From an uncultured Actinomycetota bacterium (GTDB lineage Bacteria; Actinomycetota; Actinomycetes; Mycobacteriales; Pseudonocardiaceae): DNA of 64,000 nt. The stretch is taken from contig CAVQUY010000005.1 of assembly GCA_963716955.1 (NCBI GenBank), positions 214,011-278,010 on the forward strand. The letters are read 5' to 3'. Shown piece by piece: positions 1-10,114 of this stretch (position 1 is its first letter; every line of letters begins with the position of its first letter). The translations under genes were made by a program, and so were the position numbers. A model generated the notes under the pieces. It had not been told where the DNA came from, did no database searches, and worked only from the letters and a program-made list of their open reading frames with translations.

Positions 1-1
1 C

Positions 2-181
2 GAGCTGACCACCACCGAGACCGAGATCCTCCGGGCCTACGACACCCTGCGCGGGCTCGTCGCGTCCGAGGACCTCGCGCCCTGCGTCGCCTCCGGCGTC
101 CGCGCCGCCCTCGCGCACCTCGGGGTCGTCGTCACCGACCTCGGCCTGCGCTACGAGCACCTCCTCGACGACGGAGTCTGA
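2..181 (+). CDS. 3' end of an upstream gene (C-terminal 59 aa, ...LRYEHLLDDGV*), function not recognised
   Basis: Open frame runs from the window edge to TGA at 179-181; ATG of the next gene is at 184, so the two are tightly coupled. Confidence 0.4.
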   Translation, partial: ELTTTETEILRAYDTLRGLVASEDLAPCVASGVRAALAHLGVVVTDLGLRYEHLLDDGV

Positions 182-183
182 CG

Positions 184-2482
184 ATGCCGCCCCAGAAGAT
201 CGCCGCGATCGGCGCCGGCCCCGGGGGCCTGTTCACCGCGATCCTGGCGAAGCGCTCCGACCCCGAGCGCGAGATCACCGTCTACGAGCGCAACGCCGCG
301 GACGACACGTTCGGCTTCGGCGTGGTGTTCTCCGAGGAGACGCTGCAGAACATCGCCGACGCGGACCCGGTGTCGATCGACCGCATCCAGGCCGAGTTCC
401 GGCACTGGAGCGCGATCGACGTCGACTTCCTCGGCACGGTCGAACGCTCCGACGGGCACGCCTTCGCCGCGCTGGAGCGCAAGCGCCTGCTGCAGATCCT
501 CGGGGAGCGCGCGGTCGAGCTCGGCGTCGACGTCCGCTACTGCACCGAGGCGCCCCCGCTGGCGGAACTGCGGGCGACCCACGACGTCGTCCTGGCCGCC
601 GACGGCGTCAACAGCCGCACCCGCGAGGCCCTGGCCGACCAGTTCGCACCGTCGCGCGAGGGCCGGACCGCGAAGTACGCGTGGTTCGCCACCGAGCGGC
701 CGTTCGACTGCTTCACGTTCCTCATCGTCGACACCCCGTACGGGCTGTTCTGGGCGCACATCTACCCCTTCGACGCCACGCGCTCCACGTTCATCGTCGA
801 GACCGACGAGGCGACCTGGCGGCGCGCGGGACTGGACGCGCACGCCGCCGTCGAGCGCCGGCCCGGCGAGAACGACGAGGCCTCGATGCGGTTCTGCGAG
901 CAGATCTTCGCCGAGCACCTCGACGGCCACCCGCTGATCGGCAACAACTCGGGCTGGCTGTCCTTCACGGTGATGCGCAACGAGCACTGGTCGGCGGGGA
1001 ACGTCGCGCTCGTCGGCGACGCCGCCCACACCGCCCACTTCTCCATCGGCTCGGGCACCAAGCTCGCCCTCGAGGACGCGATCGCGCTCGCCGGCGCCCT
1101 CGACCGCGAGGGCGACGTCGACGCCGCGCTCAAGGCCTACGCCGAGGAGCGCAAGCCGGTGGTCGCCTCGCTGCAGCGCTCGGCGCAGACCAGCCTGGAG
1201 TGGTTCGAGGGGCTGGCGCGCTACCGCCACCTCGCCCCCGAGCAGTTCGTCTTCCAGCTGCTCACCCGCTCCCAGCGGGTCACCTACGACAACCTGCAGC
1301 TCCGCGACGCGGACTACGTCGGGCGCCTCGACGCCTGGCTCGCCGGGCAGACGCGGGCGCAGGGCCTCGAGGTCGCCGACGGCACCCCGCCGATGTTCCA
1401 CCCGTTCCGGCTGCGCGGCCGGACGTTCCCGAACCGGATCGTCGTCTCCCCCATGGCGCAGTACTCGGCCGTCGACGGCGTCCCGGGCGACTGGCACCTC
1501 GTCCACCTGGGCTCCCGCGCCGTCGGCGGCGCGGGGCTGGTCATGACCGAGATGACCTGCGTGAGCCCGGAGGGCCGGATCACGCTCGGCTGCCCCGGGC
1601 TGTGGAACGACGAGCAGACGCAGGCGTGGCGGCGCGTCGTCGACTTCGTGCACCGCGAGACCCCGGCGCTCATCGGCATCCAGGTCGGGCACGCCGGGCG
1701 CAAGGGCTCGACGAAGGTCATGTGGGAGGGCATGGACGACCCGCTCCCCGACGACGAGGCCTGGGACGTCCTCGCGCCGTCCCCGATCCCCTACCGCTCG
1801 GACTCGCCGGTGCCGCGGGAGATGACGCGGGCCGACATCGACGGACGTCATCGCCGCCCACGTCGACACCGCGCGGCGTGCCGCGGACGCCGGGTTCGAC
1901 CTGCTCGAGCTGCACTACGCGCACGGCTACCTCGTCTCGTCGTTCCTCTCCCCGCTGTCGAACCGGCGGACCGACGCCTACGGCGGGTCGCTGGAGAACC
2001 GGGCCCGCCTCGGCCTGGAGATCCTCGACGCGGTGCGCGAGGTGTGGCCGGCGGACCGGCCGGTCAGCGTGCGGATCAGCGCCACCGACTGGGTCGAGGA
2101 CGGGGGCTTCTCGGGCGACGACGCCGTGGCGCTGGCGCGCCTGCTCGCCGCGCACGGCGCCGACGTCGTCGACGTCTCCACCGGCCAGACCTCCACCGAG
2201 GCCGCCCCGGCGTACGGGCGGCTCTACCAGACCCCGTTCGCCGACCGGATCCGCCAGGAGACCGGCATCCCGACGATCACCGTGGGCGCGGTCGCGTCGG
2301 TGGAGGACGCGAACACGATCATCGCGTCGGGGCGGGCCGACCTGTGCGCGATCGCCCGCCCGCACCTGGTCGACCCGTACTGGACCTGGAACGCCGCGCT
2401 CGACCAGGACTACCGCGGGCTGCCGGTGCCGAAGCAGTACCGCTCGGGTCTCTCGGCGCGGCGCCGGGAGCAGACCCCGTGA
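184..2482 (+). CDS. Bifunctional FAD-dependent aromatic hydroxylase (salicylate-hydroxylase fold) fused to Old Yellow Enzyme-type NADH:flavin oxidoreductase (salicylyl-CoA 5-hydroxylase/anthraniloyl-CoA monooxygenase-like). Apparent frameshift near 1845
   Basis: N-terminal part has GAGPGGL Rossmann motif and a DAAH..GSG FAD-monooxygenase motif. C-terminal part matches the OYE TIM barrel (HGAHGYL-like, ...GIPTITVGAV...). Translation switches frame at gacggacgtc (about 1845) and resumes in the ORF 2033..2482. Confidence 0.8.
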
Positions 2483-2491
2483 GGCACGAGG

Positions 2492-2871
2492 TCAGAGCAG
2501 CAGCACCTCGACCTCGGGATCGAGCCTGCGCAGCCGGCCGACGTCGCCGGTGATCGTGGGCCAGCCCCGAAGCCTGCTGATCACGACCGCATGGGCGGCT
2601 CCGACGTCGTAGGTGCCGGTGGCGAAGAGGAGTTCGCGCACGCGCATCCGTACTTGCCCGTCCGGATCGCGCCGGATGATCGTCGGACTGTCCAGGACTT
2701 CGTCGATCGCGTCCAGGAGCTCGGGGCGCAGGGATCGGACCTCGCTCACGGCGAGCTCGGGGACGAACAGCGGCGACGCTGTCGCATGAGCGATGTCATC
2801 CAGGCGCTTCCGGAGATGTCATCGACGACGAGGGCGTCGAACGACGAAGCGTCGAGGACGCGACCGATCAC
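2492..2871 (-). pseudogene. VapC-like PIN-domain toxin, split into two overlapping ORFs (2746..2871 N-terminal part, 2492..2749 C-terminal part) by a frameshift
   Basis: N-terminal fragment VIGRVLDASSFDALVVDD resembles the PIN start (vlDaSvl.alL). C-terminal fragment TYDVGAAHAVVISRLRGWPTITGDVGRL matches the PIN C-terminus (YDAaYvAlA..lgapLvT.D). The two ORFs overlap by 4 nt. Confidence 0.55.
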
Positions 2872-2872
2872 G

Positions 2873-3145
2873 TCAGCTCGCCGCGTCGTCGACCGCGTGG
2901 AGCCGCCGAACCTCGTCGTCGCCCGGCCACTCACGGCCGAAGAGCGCGTACGACTTCCGCGACTCCGCGAGGGTGGGAGCGCGACCGGCTCGCATCAACT
3001 TGCGCGCCATGATCGCTCGATGGCGTTCGTCATCACTCGCGCCGGGCAGCGCGAGCGGCGGGAGCTCGGCGGCGCTCGGCTGTTCCTGATCGATGTCCGG
3101 ACGGTAGCGCCGACCCCCGACAGCCAGGTCCCGTTCGACGCTCAC
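2873..3145 (-). CDS. Hypothetical 90-aa protein immediately upstream of the PIN gene; possible cognate antitoxin
   Basis: Its stop lies 1 nt before the GTG of the PIN ORF on the same strand, a typical toxin-antitoxin arrangement. No recognisable RHH/AbrB motif, so weak. Confidence 0.3.
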   Translation of the reverse strand: MSVERDLAVGGRRYRPDIDQEQPSAAELPPLALPGASDDERHRAIMARKLMRAGRAPTLAESRKSYALFGREWPGDDEVRRLHAVDDAAS

Positions 3146-4734
3146 CGTCGGCGCAGCAGAGCCCCGGCCACGAGGTGCCCGACGCGCCGCCGAGCCCCGG
3201 CCCGGGGTGGGTCGACGCGCCGAGGTGCCACAACCCGGGCACCGGGGTGCGGTGCCGTCCCGACGACGGCAGCGGCCGCCACGCGAAGTTCTGGTCCAGC
3301 TCCGCGGAGCCCGCGTACGGGTCGCCGCCGATCGCGTTGGCGTTGTGCGCGGTCAGGTCGGCCGGGGAGATGACGTCGGTCCCGACGACGAGCCCACGCA
3401 GGCCCGGAGCGTGCGCGGCCAACCGGTCGAGGACCCGCTCCGCATAGGCGGCGGCCAGCGTCGGCGTCCACTCCCCCGACCCGACGTCGAGCAGCCCCGC
3501 GGAGTCCCCCACCGGGCGCCCCGGCAGCTCCTGCAGCTGCAACCACAGCGTGGCGGCGCCGGCCGGGGCCCGGGACGGGTCGAGCACGTGCTGCTGCCCG
3601 ACGACGACCGTCGGGCGCCGCGGCAGCAGGCCCGCCCCGCCTCGGCGCAGGCGATGCCGGTGGACGACGACCCGTCGGAGAGGTGGACGAGCGGGACGTC
3701 GCGCAAGGCCGGGTCCCGCCAGGGCACCGGCCCGGAGAGCGCCACGTGGATCATCATCGCCGCTCGTCCGGGGCGGAGGCGGCGGCCTGCGCGGCGACCG
3801 CCGCCGGCACCGACCCGGCCGGGAGCAGCTCGCCGTACAACGCCCCCGGCGCGACCGACGCGAGGACGACGGAGGCCCGGACCGCGAACCGTCCGCCGGG
3901 CCCGTCGCCCTCCACCCCGACGGCCCGGCCGCCGCGCACGACGATCCGATCCACCGGTGTCCGGGCCGGACGTCGACGCCCCGCTCCGCGAGCAGGGCCC
4001 GCCACGCGTCGACGAAGCACGCCGCGCCCCCGACGACGACCGGAGCCCGGCGCCGTGCATCGTCGCCGCGAAGACCGGCACCATCGCCCCGCCGCTCGCC
4101 GCGTCCGGCGCGAGGCCGCGTGCAGCAACCACGGCGCCCACAGCCGGTCGGTCTCGGGTCCCTCGAACCGGGTGCGCAGCCAGGAGCGACCGCTGGTCAC
4201 CACGTCCCGGGCGTAGTCGCGCGCGCCGCGACGGCCCGCCGTGCGGACCAGCGACGCGAGCGGGCGCAGCACCGACGGCGACCACAACTCGGAGCCGAGC
4301 AGCGTGCCCAGGGCCCCGGTGTCGCGGGTGAAGTCCGCGACCATGGCCCGGTAGGCGTCGGCGTCGGCGGCCGAGCCGAACCGCTTCACCGTCTCCTCGA
4401 CGTCGCGGTGGGCGATCGTGGCCGTCCCGTCGTCGGACACGGTCGCGGTGAGCGGGCCTCGACCTCCCCCGTCGCTGCGCTCGCCCCGGTCGGTGTTCGC
4501 GTACTCCAGCCCGTGCCGGTGCAGATCGGCGCCCAGCTCGGCGTACGCCGGGCCGGTCACGAAGAGCGGGTGCCAGGAGGACCAGGTGTCGTGCACGTAC
4601 CCGGGCACCGTGCGCTCGGCGCTGCCGATGAACCCGCCGATGTCCGCCGCGGCGTCGAGCAGCACCACCGATCGGCCCGCCCCGGCGAGCCGGGCCGCGG
4701 CGACCATCCCGTTGATCCCCGCGCCGACGATCAG
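3033..4734 (-). CDS. NAD(P)/FAD-dependent oxidoreductase, phytoene-desaturase (CrtI)-like; at least 2 apparent frameshifts; start codon ambiguous
   Basis: N-terminus ...IVGAGINGMVAAARLAGAGRSVVLLDAAADIGG (Rossmann). C-terminus ...GGDPYAGSAELDQNF.. is typical of the CrtI family. Three reading frames are needed to cover it (ORFs 3754..4707 and 3033..3587). It begins directly after the stop of the TPP gene. Confidence 0.65.
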
Positions 4735-4746
4735 ACGTCCGGGATG

Positions 4747-6405
4747 TCAGTGCCCCGTGAAGGCCTCGGCGAGCCACCAGGACGGAGCGTCGGAGGTCAC
4801 CTTGGCGTCGAGGAGCAGCGGCCGGTCGCGGGGACCGGCCAGCCACTTCCCCACGACGTCGAGGTCGGCGACCGACCGGACCACGGCCGCGTCGCACCCG
4901 TAGCCGCGCGCGATCGCGGCGATGTCGACGTCGGGGAAGCGCACGGTGCCGTGGTCGGCGTCGGTGAAGTGGTGGAACTCCGCGCCGTACCCGGCGTCGT
5001 CGTAGACCACGACGACGAGGCCCAGCCGCAGCCGGACCGCGGTCTCGAGCTCGCTGATGCCCATGAGGAACCCGCCGTCGCCGCAGGCCGCGACGGGCAG
5101 CCGGTCGGGCCGGGCGAGCGCGGCGCCGATCGCCGTGGCGAGGCCCAGCCCGATGGCCTGGAAGCCCTGGGTGAAGCAGAACCCGGCCTCGTCGGGGACC
5201 CGCAGGTAGGCCGACGGGTAGCCCATGAAGTTGCCGGAGTCGACCGCGACGGTGCGCTCGACCGGCAGCAGCTCGTCCAGCGCGGCCGACAGCGTCCGCG
5301 GGTCGATCCGCTCGCTCCCGACGACGGGTGCGGGCGCGGCGTGGCGGGCGTCGGTCCGCAGCCGCTCGCCGACGTCGTCGGTGCGGTACCCGGCGGACGT
5401 GCCGCAGACCTCGAGCACGTCGCGGGCCGTCATCGCCACGTCGCCGAGGACGCCGAGGGACACCGGGCGCTGCGCGCCGAGCGCCGCCGCGGTGTCGTCG
5501 ACCTGGACCACCGTCGCGTCGCCGAGCAGCTCCCCGTGCCGGGTGGTCCACATCGTCAGCGACGCGCCCCACGCGACCACCAGGTCCGCGCCGGAGATCA
5601 GCTCCGCCGCCAGCGGCGTGGCGAACCCGCCCGAGATGCCCAGTGACCACGGCGAGCCGGTGAACAGGCCGTGCGCCACCGCGCTCGTCGCGAGGAGCGC
5701 CCCGCAGCGGTCGGCCAGCGCCTCCAGCTCGGCGCGCGCGCCCCGGGCGCCGCGGCCGGCGATGAACACCGGTCGCCGTGCGCCGTCGAGCAGGGCGGTG
5801 AGCTCCGCGACGGACGCCGGGTCGGGGCGTGGCGGGCGCCAGGTGGTCAGCGGGTGGACGCCGTTCTCCTGACGTCCAGGTAAGGGGAGCACGCCGATAG
5901 GGGGACTTTTCTGACCCTGGACGTCGAGGGGCAGGTTCAGCACGACCGTCCGGCGCTGGTCGCGGCAGGTGCCGTACGCCCGCAGGACGTCGGCGGCCGC
6001 CGACGCCGCCGAGTGCACCCGCTCGGGCACGGCGCCGACCGCGCGCACGAGGGCGTCCTGGTCGATGCGGAAGTTCGACCGCACGGCGGCGGCCCCGGTG
6101 TCGGCGGCCAGCACCAGCAGGGGGGTCCGCGACTTCGCGGCCTCCCCGATCCCGGTGACGGCGTTGGTGAGCCCGCAGCCCTGGTGGGTGGTCACGACGG
6201 CGACCTCGCCCGAGGTCCGCGCGTACGCGTCGGCCATCGTCGCGGCGCCGCCCTCGTGGCGGGCGGCGGTGTAGGGGACGCCGGCGGCGCGCAGCGCGTT
6301 CGCCACGTGGAAGTTGCCGCTGCCGACGACGCCGAACGCGTGCCCGACGCCGAGCTCCGCGAGCAGGGTGCCGACCTGCTCGGCGACGGTGGTGGGCCCG
6401 GTCAC
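4747..6405 (-). CDS. Thiamine-pyrophosphate-dependent enzyme (acetolactate synthase large-subunit / benzoylformate decarboxylase family)
   Basis: Three-domain TPP signature is visible: ...GVGHAFGVVGSGNF..., ...ACGDGGFLMGISELETAV..., YDDAGYGAE (GDG-X24-NN-like TPP-binding region). GTG start overlaps the cyclase stop (GTGA). Confidence 0.85.
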   Translation of the reverse strand: MTGPTTVAEQVGTLLAELGVGHAFGVVGSGNFHVANALRAAGVPYTAARHEGGAATMADAYARTSGEVAVVTTHQGCGLTNAVTGIGEAAKSRTPLLVLAADTGAAAVRSNFRIDQDALVRAVGAVPERVHSAASAAADVLRAYGTCRDQRRTVVLNLPLDVQGQKSPPIGVLPLPGRQENGVHPLTTWRPPRPDPASVAELTALLDGARRPVFIAGRGARGARAELEALADRCGALLATSAVAHGLFTGSPWSLGISGGFATPLAAELISGADLVVAWGASLTMWTTRHGELLGDATVVQVDDTAAALGAQRPVSLGVLGDVAMTARDVLEVCGTSAGYRTDDVGERLRTDARHAAPAPVVGSERIDPRTLSAALDELLPVERTVAVDSGNFMGYPSAYLRVPDEAGFCFTQGFQAIGLGLATAIGAALARPDRLPVAACGDGGFLMGISELETAVRLRLGLVVVVYDDAGYGAEFHHFTDADHGTVRFPDVDIAAIARGYGCDAAVVRSVADLDVVGKWLAGPRDRPLLLDAKVTSDAPSWWLAEAFTGH

Positions 6406-7214
6406 GTCTCCACCAGCGCCAGCACCCGGGCGGGCGAGCCGGACCCGCCGACGATCGGCAGCGGGCTGACCACCAGCACCGCACCCGTCGTCGGGACCCG
6501 GTCGAGGTTGCGCAGGCTCGTCAGGCCCCACTTGTCCGCGCCCATGAGGAAGTGGTGGCAGGAGAACGGCGGGTCGAAGCCCGCGGCCGCCCCGGCGTCG
6601 GTGCCGACGGTCTCGACGCCGAACCCGCGCAGCGGGGACTCCTGCGCGATCCAGCGGGCGCACTCCGTGGACACGCCCGGCGTGTGGGGGCCGGACTCGT
6701 CCGCGTTCATGAACTCCTCCTGCGTCGCCCCGCGCGCGGACCACCCGGTGCGGTAGAGCAGCCACCCGCCGTCGGGCAGCGCCCCGTGCTCGGCCTGCCA
6801 CGTCTCCAGGTGGGCGACCTCGAGCAGGAAGTCGGGGTCGGAGTCCACCTCGGCGGTCATGTCGATGACGGCGACCGGGGCGACGAGCGTCGTCAGCGGC
6901 ACCTGCGAGACGTCGGGCCCGTCGCGGCCGGTGACCCAGTGGTTCGGGGCGTCGAGGTGGGTGCCGGTGTGCTCGCCGGTGTGGATGTCGTTCCAGTACC
7001 AGGCCGGGCCGCGGTCGTCGTAGCGCGAGATCTCCTCGAGCCGGAAGCGCGAGGTGTTCGCGAACGGCTCGGGGAGCTCGAGGATCGGCGTCGACTCCTG
7101 CAGTGGCGTGGTGAGGTCGACGACCTCGACGGCGCCGGACCGCAGGGCGTCGGCGAACGCGGTGAGGACGGACACGGAGATCTCCTCGGGCCGGGGTCGG
7201 GGTCCGCCGAGCAT
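6402..7214 (-). CDS. Cyclase family protein (kynurenine formamidase-like metal-dependent hydrolase)
   Basis: Motif HTGTHLDAPNHW (HxGTHxDxPxH), characteristic of the cyclase/KynB family; 4-nt overlap with the downstream TPP gene. Confidence 0.8.
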   Translation of the reverse strand: MLGGPRPRPEEISVSVLTAFADALRSGAVEVVDLTTPLQESTPILELPEPFANTSRFRLEEISRYDDRGPAWYWNDIHTGEHTGTHLDAPNHWVTGRDGPDVSQVPLTTLVAPVAVIDMTAEVDSDPDFLLEVAHLETWQAEHGALPDGGWLLYRTGWSARGATQEEFMNADESGPHTPGVSTECARWIAQESPLRGFGVETVGTDAGAAAGFDPPFSCHHFLMGADKWGLTSLRNLDRVPTTGAVLVVSPLPIVGGSGSPARVLALVET

Positions 7215-7445
7215 GGCCGCTCGGGCGGGGCGAGCACCATCCGCGAGGCGCGAGACTGTCCGATGCGCGCTCCTCGTGTCCCCGGATCCCGATGATCAGG
7301 AGCACAACAGACACCCGAGCGGGCCCGGCGACCTGCCTGGTGTGCTCCTCATCGACACGGGACCGCACCCTCCTCCCGCGAGCGGCGGGGGTCCCGGTGG
7401 TTATCGTCGTGGGCCCGGGTCGACGAACGACGGAGGACCGCCACC

Positions 7446-8531
7446 GTGATCGAGCCGTACAACGCCGTCGGGCTCATCCCGACCTTCTGGGGCATCCGGG
7501 AGCGGGCGGACATCGCGAACAACCTCGACCACCTCGAGAGCCTCACGATGGCCGCGTTCTGGCTGTCGAACCTCGACATCCCGGTCCGGCTGCTGGTGAT
7601 CCCGGAGGGCGCCCTGCAGGGGTTCAACGACGAGATCCTCGACGTGGACCACGTCGAGTTCGCCCACCACTGCGCGATCGACGTCCCCGGCCCCGAGACC
7701 GACCGGCTCGGCGCCCTCGCCCGCCGGTGGGGCGTCCACGTGATGGCGCAGGCCAAGGCCCGCCACCCCGAGTGGCCGGACCTGTTCTTCAACGTCGGGC
7801 TCGTGATCTCCCCCGAGGGGGAGATCCTCCTGGTGCACTACAAGCTCAACGCGCTGCTCCCGGTCGAGCGGTCGGTCTCGCCGCACGACCTCTTCGACTG
7901 GTGGATCGAGCGCTACGGGCGCACCCTCGACGCCTTCTGGCCCGTCGCGGACACCGAGATCGGCCGTCTCGGCGTGATGATGGCGATGGAGGGCAACTTC
8001 CCGGAGAACGGGCGGGGCCTGGCCCTCAACGGTGCCGAGGTGGTCTACCGGGCGTCCCTGCCCACCCCGCTCACCGAGAACGACGTGTTCGAGATCTCCA
8101 ACCGGGCCCGCGCCATGGAGAACAACTTCTACGTCGTCGCGCCCAACATCGGCGGCTACCACCTCTACCCGGACAGCCCGCACGCCATCGACGCCGGCGG
8201 CGGCCGGTCCATGATCGTCAACCACCGGGGACAGATCGTCGGCAAGCAGTTCGACACCAACGGCTCGACCTTCGTGAGCGGGGTGATCGACATCGAGGCG
8301 CTGCGACACCACCGGGCGAGCGCCCAGGTCACGAACTGGGCCAAGGACATCCGCGCCGAGCTCGCGCAGATCCTGTACGAGCAGCCGATCTACCCGAAGA
8401 ACCGCTATCTCGACGCCAAGCCGCCGCACCACGACGAGTACCGCCGCGAGGTCCTCGAGCCCCAGATCGCCCTGCTGCAGGACCGTGACGTGTGGCGCCG
8501 ACCCGGGTCCTCCCCCCGCGACGGCGGGTAG
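7446..8531 (+). CDS. Carbon-nitrogen hydrolase (nitrilase / aliphatic amidase superfamily)
   Basis: EGALQGF..., ...GLVISPEGEILLVHYKLN..., and AMEGNF.. / AMENNFYVVAPN motifs of the Glu-Lys-Cys CN-hydrolase fold; GTG start. Confidence 0.8.
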   Translation: MIEPYNAVGLIPTFWGIRERADIANNLDHLESLTMAAFWLSNLDIPVRLLVIPEGALQGFNDEILDVDHVEFAHHCAIDVPGPETDRLGALARRWGVHVMAQAKARHPEWPDLFFNVGLVISPEGEILLVHYKLNALLPVERSVSPHDLFDWWIERYGRTLDAFWPVADTEIGRLGVMMAMEGNFPENGRGLALNGAEVVYRASLPTPLTENDVFEISNRARAMENNFYVVAPNIGGYHLYPDSPHAIDAGGGRSMIVNHRGQIVGKQFDTNGSTFVSGVIDIEALRHHRASAQVTNWAKDIRAELAQILYEQPIYPKNRYLDAKPPHHDEYRREVLEPQIALLQDRDVWRRPGSSPRDGG

Positions 8532-8744
8532 CCGGGCCCGGAGGATTTCCCGCCGTCGGTGTCGAACCGGCGGGGAGGTGGATCGACGGAAGGGCGGGGC
8601 CGGGCCGCGCCCGACGCCGCCGCACCCACCACCAGGAGGTCTCCCGTGATGCAGATGAAGCTCGAGCTTGCCGTCCCCGTCGCCGAACGCAGCCCCCTCC
8701 AGCCTCGGCCTGCCCTCCCTCCCCGCGGCCGAAGACCCACCCGC

Positions 8745-9929
8745 TCACGGCTCCCGCAGGGCGTCGCTGATCGACTTCACGCCGCCGTGGGCGCTCATCC
8801 CGCCGTCGACCGGGATCTCCGCGCCCGAGATGTAGGACGCGTCGTCGGAGACCAGGAACGCGACCAGCGGCACGATGTCGTCGACCGTGCCGAGCCGGCC
8901 CATCGGGGTCTCCCCGAGGTGGCTCGAGCGGAACGCGGGGCGGGCCGAGGCGCTCATCGCGGTCTCGATCCAGCCGGGCTGCACGGTGTTCACCCGGATC
9001 CCGCGCGGGCCGAGCTCGAGCGCGGCGGCCTTCGCCAGCCCGCGCAGCGCCCACTTGCTGGCCGTGTAGGCCGCCGCGTAGTGCCCGGTCAGCCCGGCCA
9101 CCGACCCGATCACGACGACGGACCCGCCGTCGGTCATGAGCGGCGCGAGGGCCTGGATGCCGAGCAGGGTGCCGCCCACGTTGACGTCGTGGACGCGCGC
9201 CAGGTCGGCCGGGTCGAGGTCGGTGACCCGGTCGCGCCAGGTGACGCCGGCGTTGGCGACCAGGCCGTGGACGCGGCCGTGGCTCTCCGCCAGCTCGCCG
9301 GCGAGCGCCGTCCACGCCTGCGGGTCGGTGACGTCGTGCCGGCGGTAGACCACGCCGGGGAGCTCCTCCGCCGGCTCGTCGGTCACGTCCAGCGCGACCG
9401 CGGTGTCCCCGTCGGCGGCGAACCGGCGGGCGAAGGCCGCGCCCTGTCCGCGCCCGGCACCGGTGACCACCACGACGCGTCCGGTGCTCACCCGCCGTCC
9501 GGGCCGTCGACGTGCGGCAGGGCGCCCCGAGCGGGCGATCTCGGTGACCCGCACGCGGGTGAAGCGCCACCCGCCGACGAGCTCGACGCCGTCGGTGCGG
9601 CGCAGCGCGCAGTCGTACCAGCCCAGGCCGTCGGCGTGGTCGTACGGGTCGTCGCTGCGCAGGTGCAGCCCGTGGAGGTAGGACCGCGTGGTCGCCGTGT
9701 CGCCGGTGATCGTGATCGCGTGGTTCGACGAGCCGTGCCAGGTGCCCCGGTAGCCGCCGACCCCCTTCTCCGAGGAGGTGGCCGCCTGGATCCGCGCCCG
9801 TCCGAGCGCGCGGGCGAACTCGATCAACAGGTCCGAGATGTGGGCGCGGTCCACGAGCCACGCCAGCTGGTCGGCCACCACCGGCGGGGCCACGTCCACG
9901 ACCGCGTCGTCGTCCTCGAGCGCACGCAT
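8745..9929 (-). CDS. SnoaL/NTF2-like domain fused to a short-chain dehydrogenase/reductase (SDR)
   Basis: N-terminal part about 150 aa (...DDPYDHADGLGWYDCALRRTDGVELVGGWRF...) is NTF2-like. An Arg-rich linker follows, then VVVVTGAGRGQGAAFA (TGxxxGxG) ... YAAAYTASK (YxxxK) of an SDR. Confidence 0.75.
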   Translation of the reverse strand: MRALEDDDAVVDVAPPVVADQLAWLVDRAHISDLLIEFARALGRARIQAATSSEKGVGGYRGTWHGSSNHAITITGDTATTRSYLHGLHLRSDDPYDHADGLGWYDCALRRTDGVELVGGWRFTRVRVTEIARSGRPAARRRPGRRVSTGRVVVVTGAGRGQGAAFARRFAADGDTAVALDVTDEPAEELPGVVYRRHDVTDPQAWTALAGELAESHGRVHGLVANAGVTWRDRVTDLDPADLARVHDVNVGGTLLGIQALAPLMTDGGSVVVIGSVAGLTGHYAAAYTASKWALRGLAKAAALELGPRGIRVNTVQPGWIETAMSASARPAFRSSHLGETPMGRLGTVDDIVPLVAFLVSDDASYISGAEIPVDGGMSAHGGVKSISDALREP

Positions 9930-10114
9930 CGTCGCCCACCTTCCGTCGGGATCGCCCTGTTCCTAACCGCGGCAGCGGGAGGGCGGAAGGCCGTTGTGCT
10001 GATGCGTCGCATCGACCCGGTGGATGGTCGGCGACGCGCGGATCCTCGACGCGTCGCCGGGTAGAACGAGGTCCAGCCGGATGCTCCACTCGGGGGCAAC
10101 GGAGGGGGGTCGGC

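Noticed and set aside
3353-6484. 1043-aa minus-strand ORF (Arg/Gly/Pro-rich)
   Set aside because: It is antisense or out of frame to clearly recognisable genes (TPP enzyme, CrtI-like oxidoreductase). The composition is low-complexity and typical of high-GC stop-codon-poor off-frames. No domain signature.
8655-8745. Short ORF starting GTGATG with a good AGGAGG RBS in the convergent intergenic gap after the CN-hydrolase
   Set aside because: It immediately runs antisense into the SDR gene with Pro/Arg-rich sequence and has no stop within the gap. It is probably a spurious start in GC-rich DNA, though a small leader peptide cannot be excluded.
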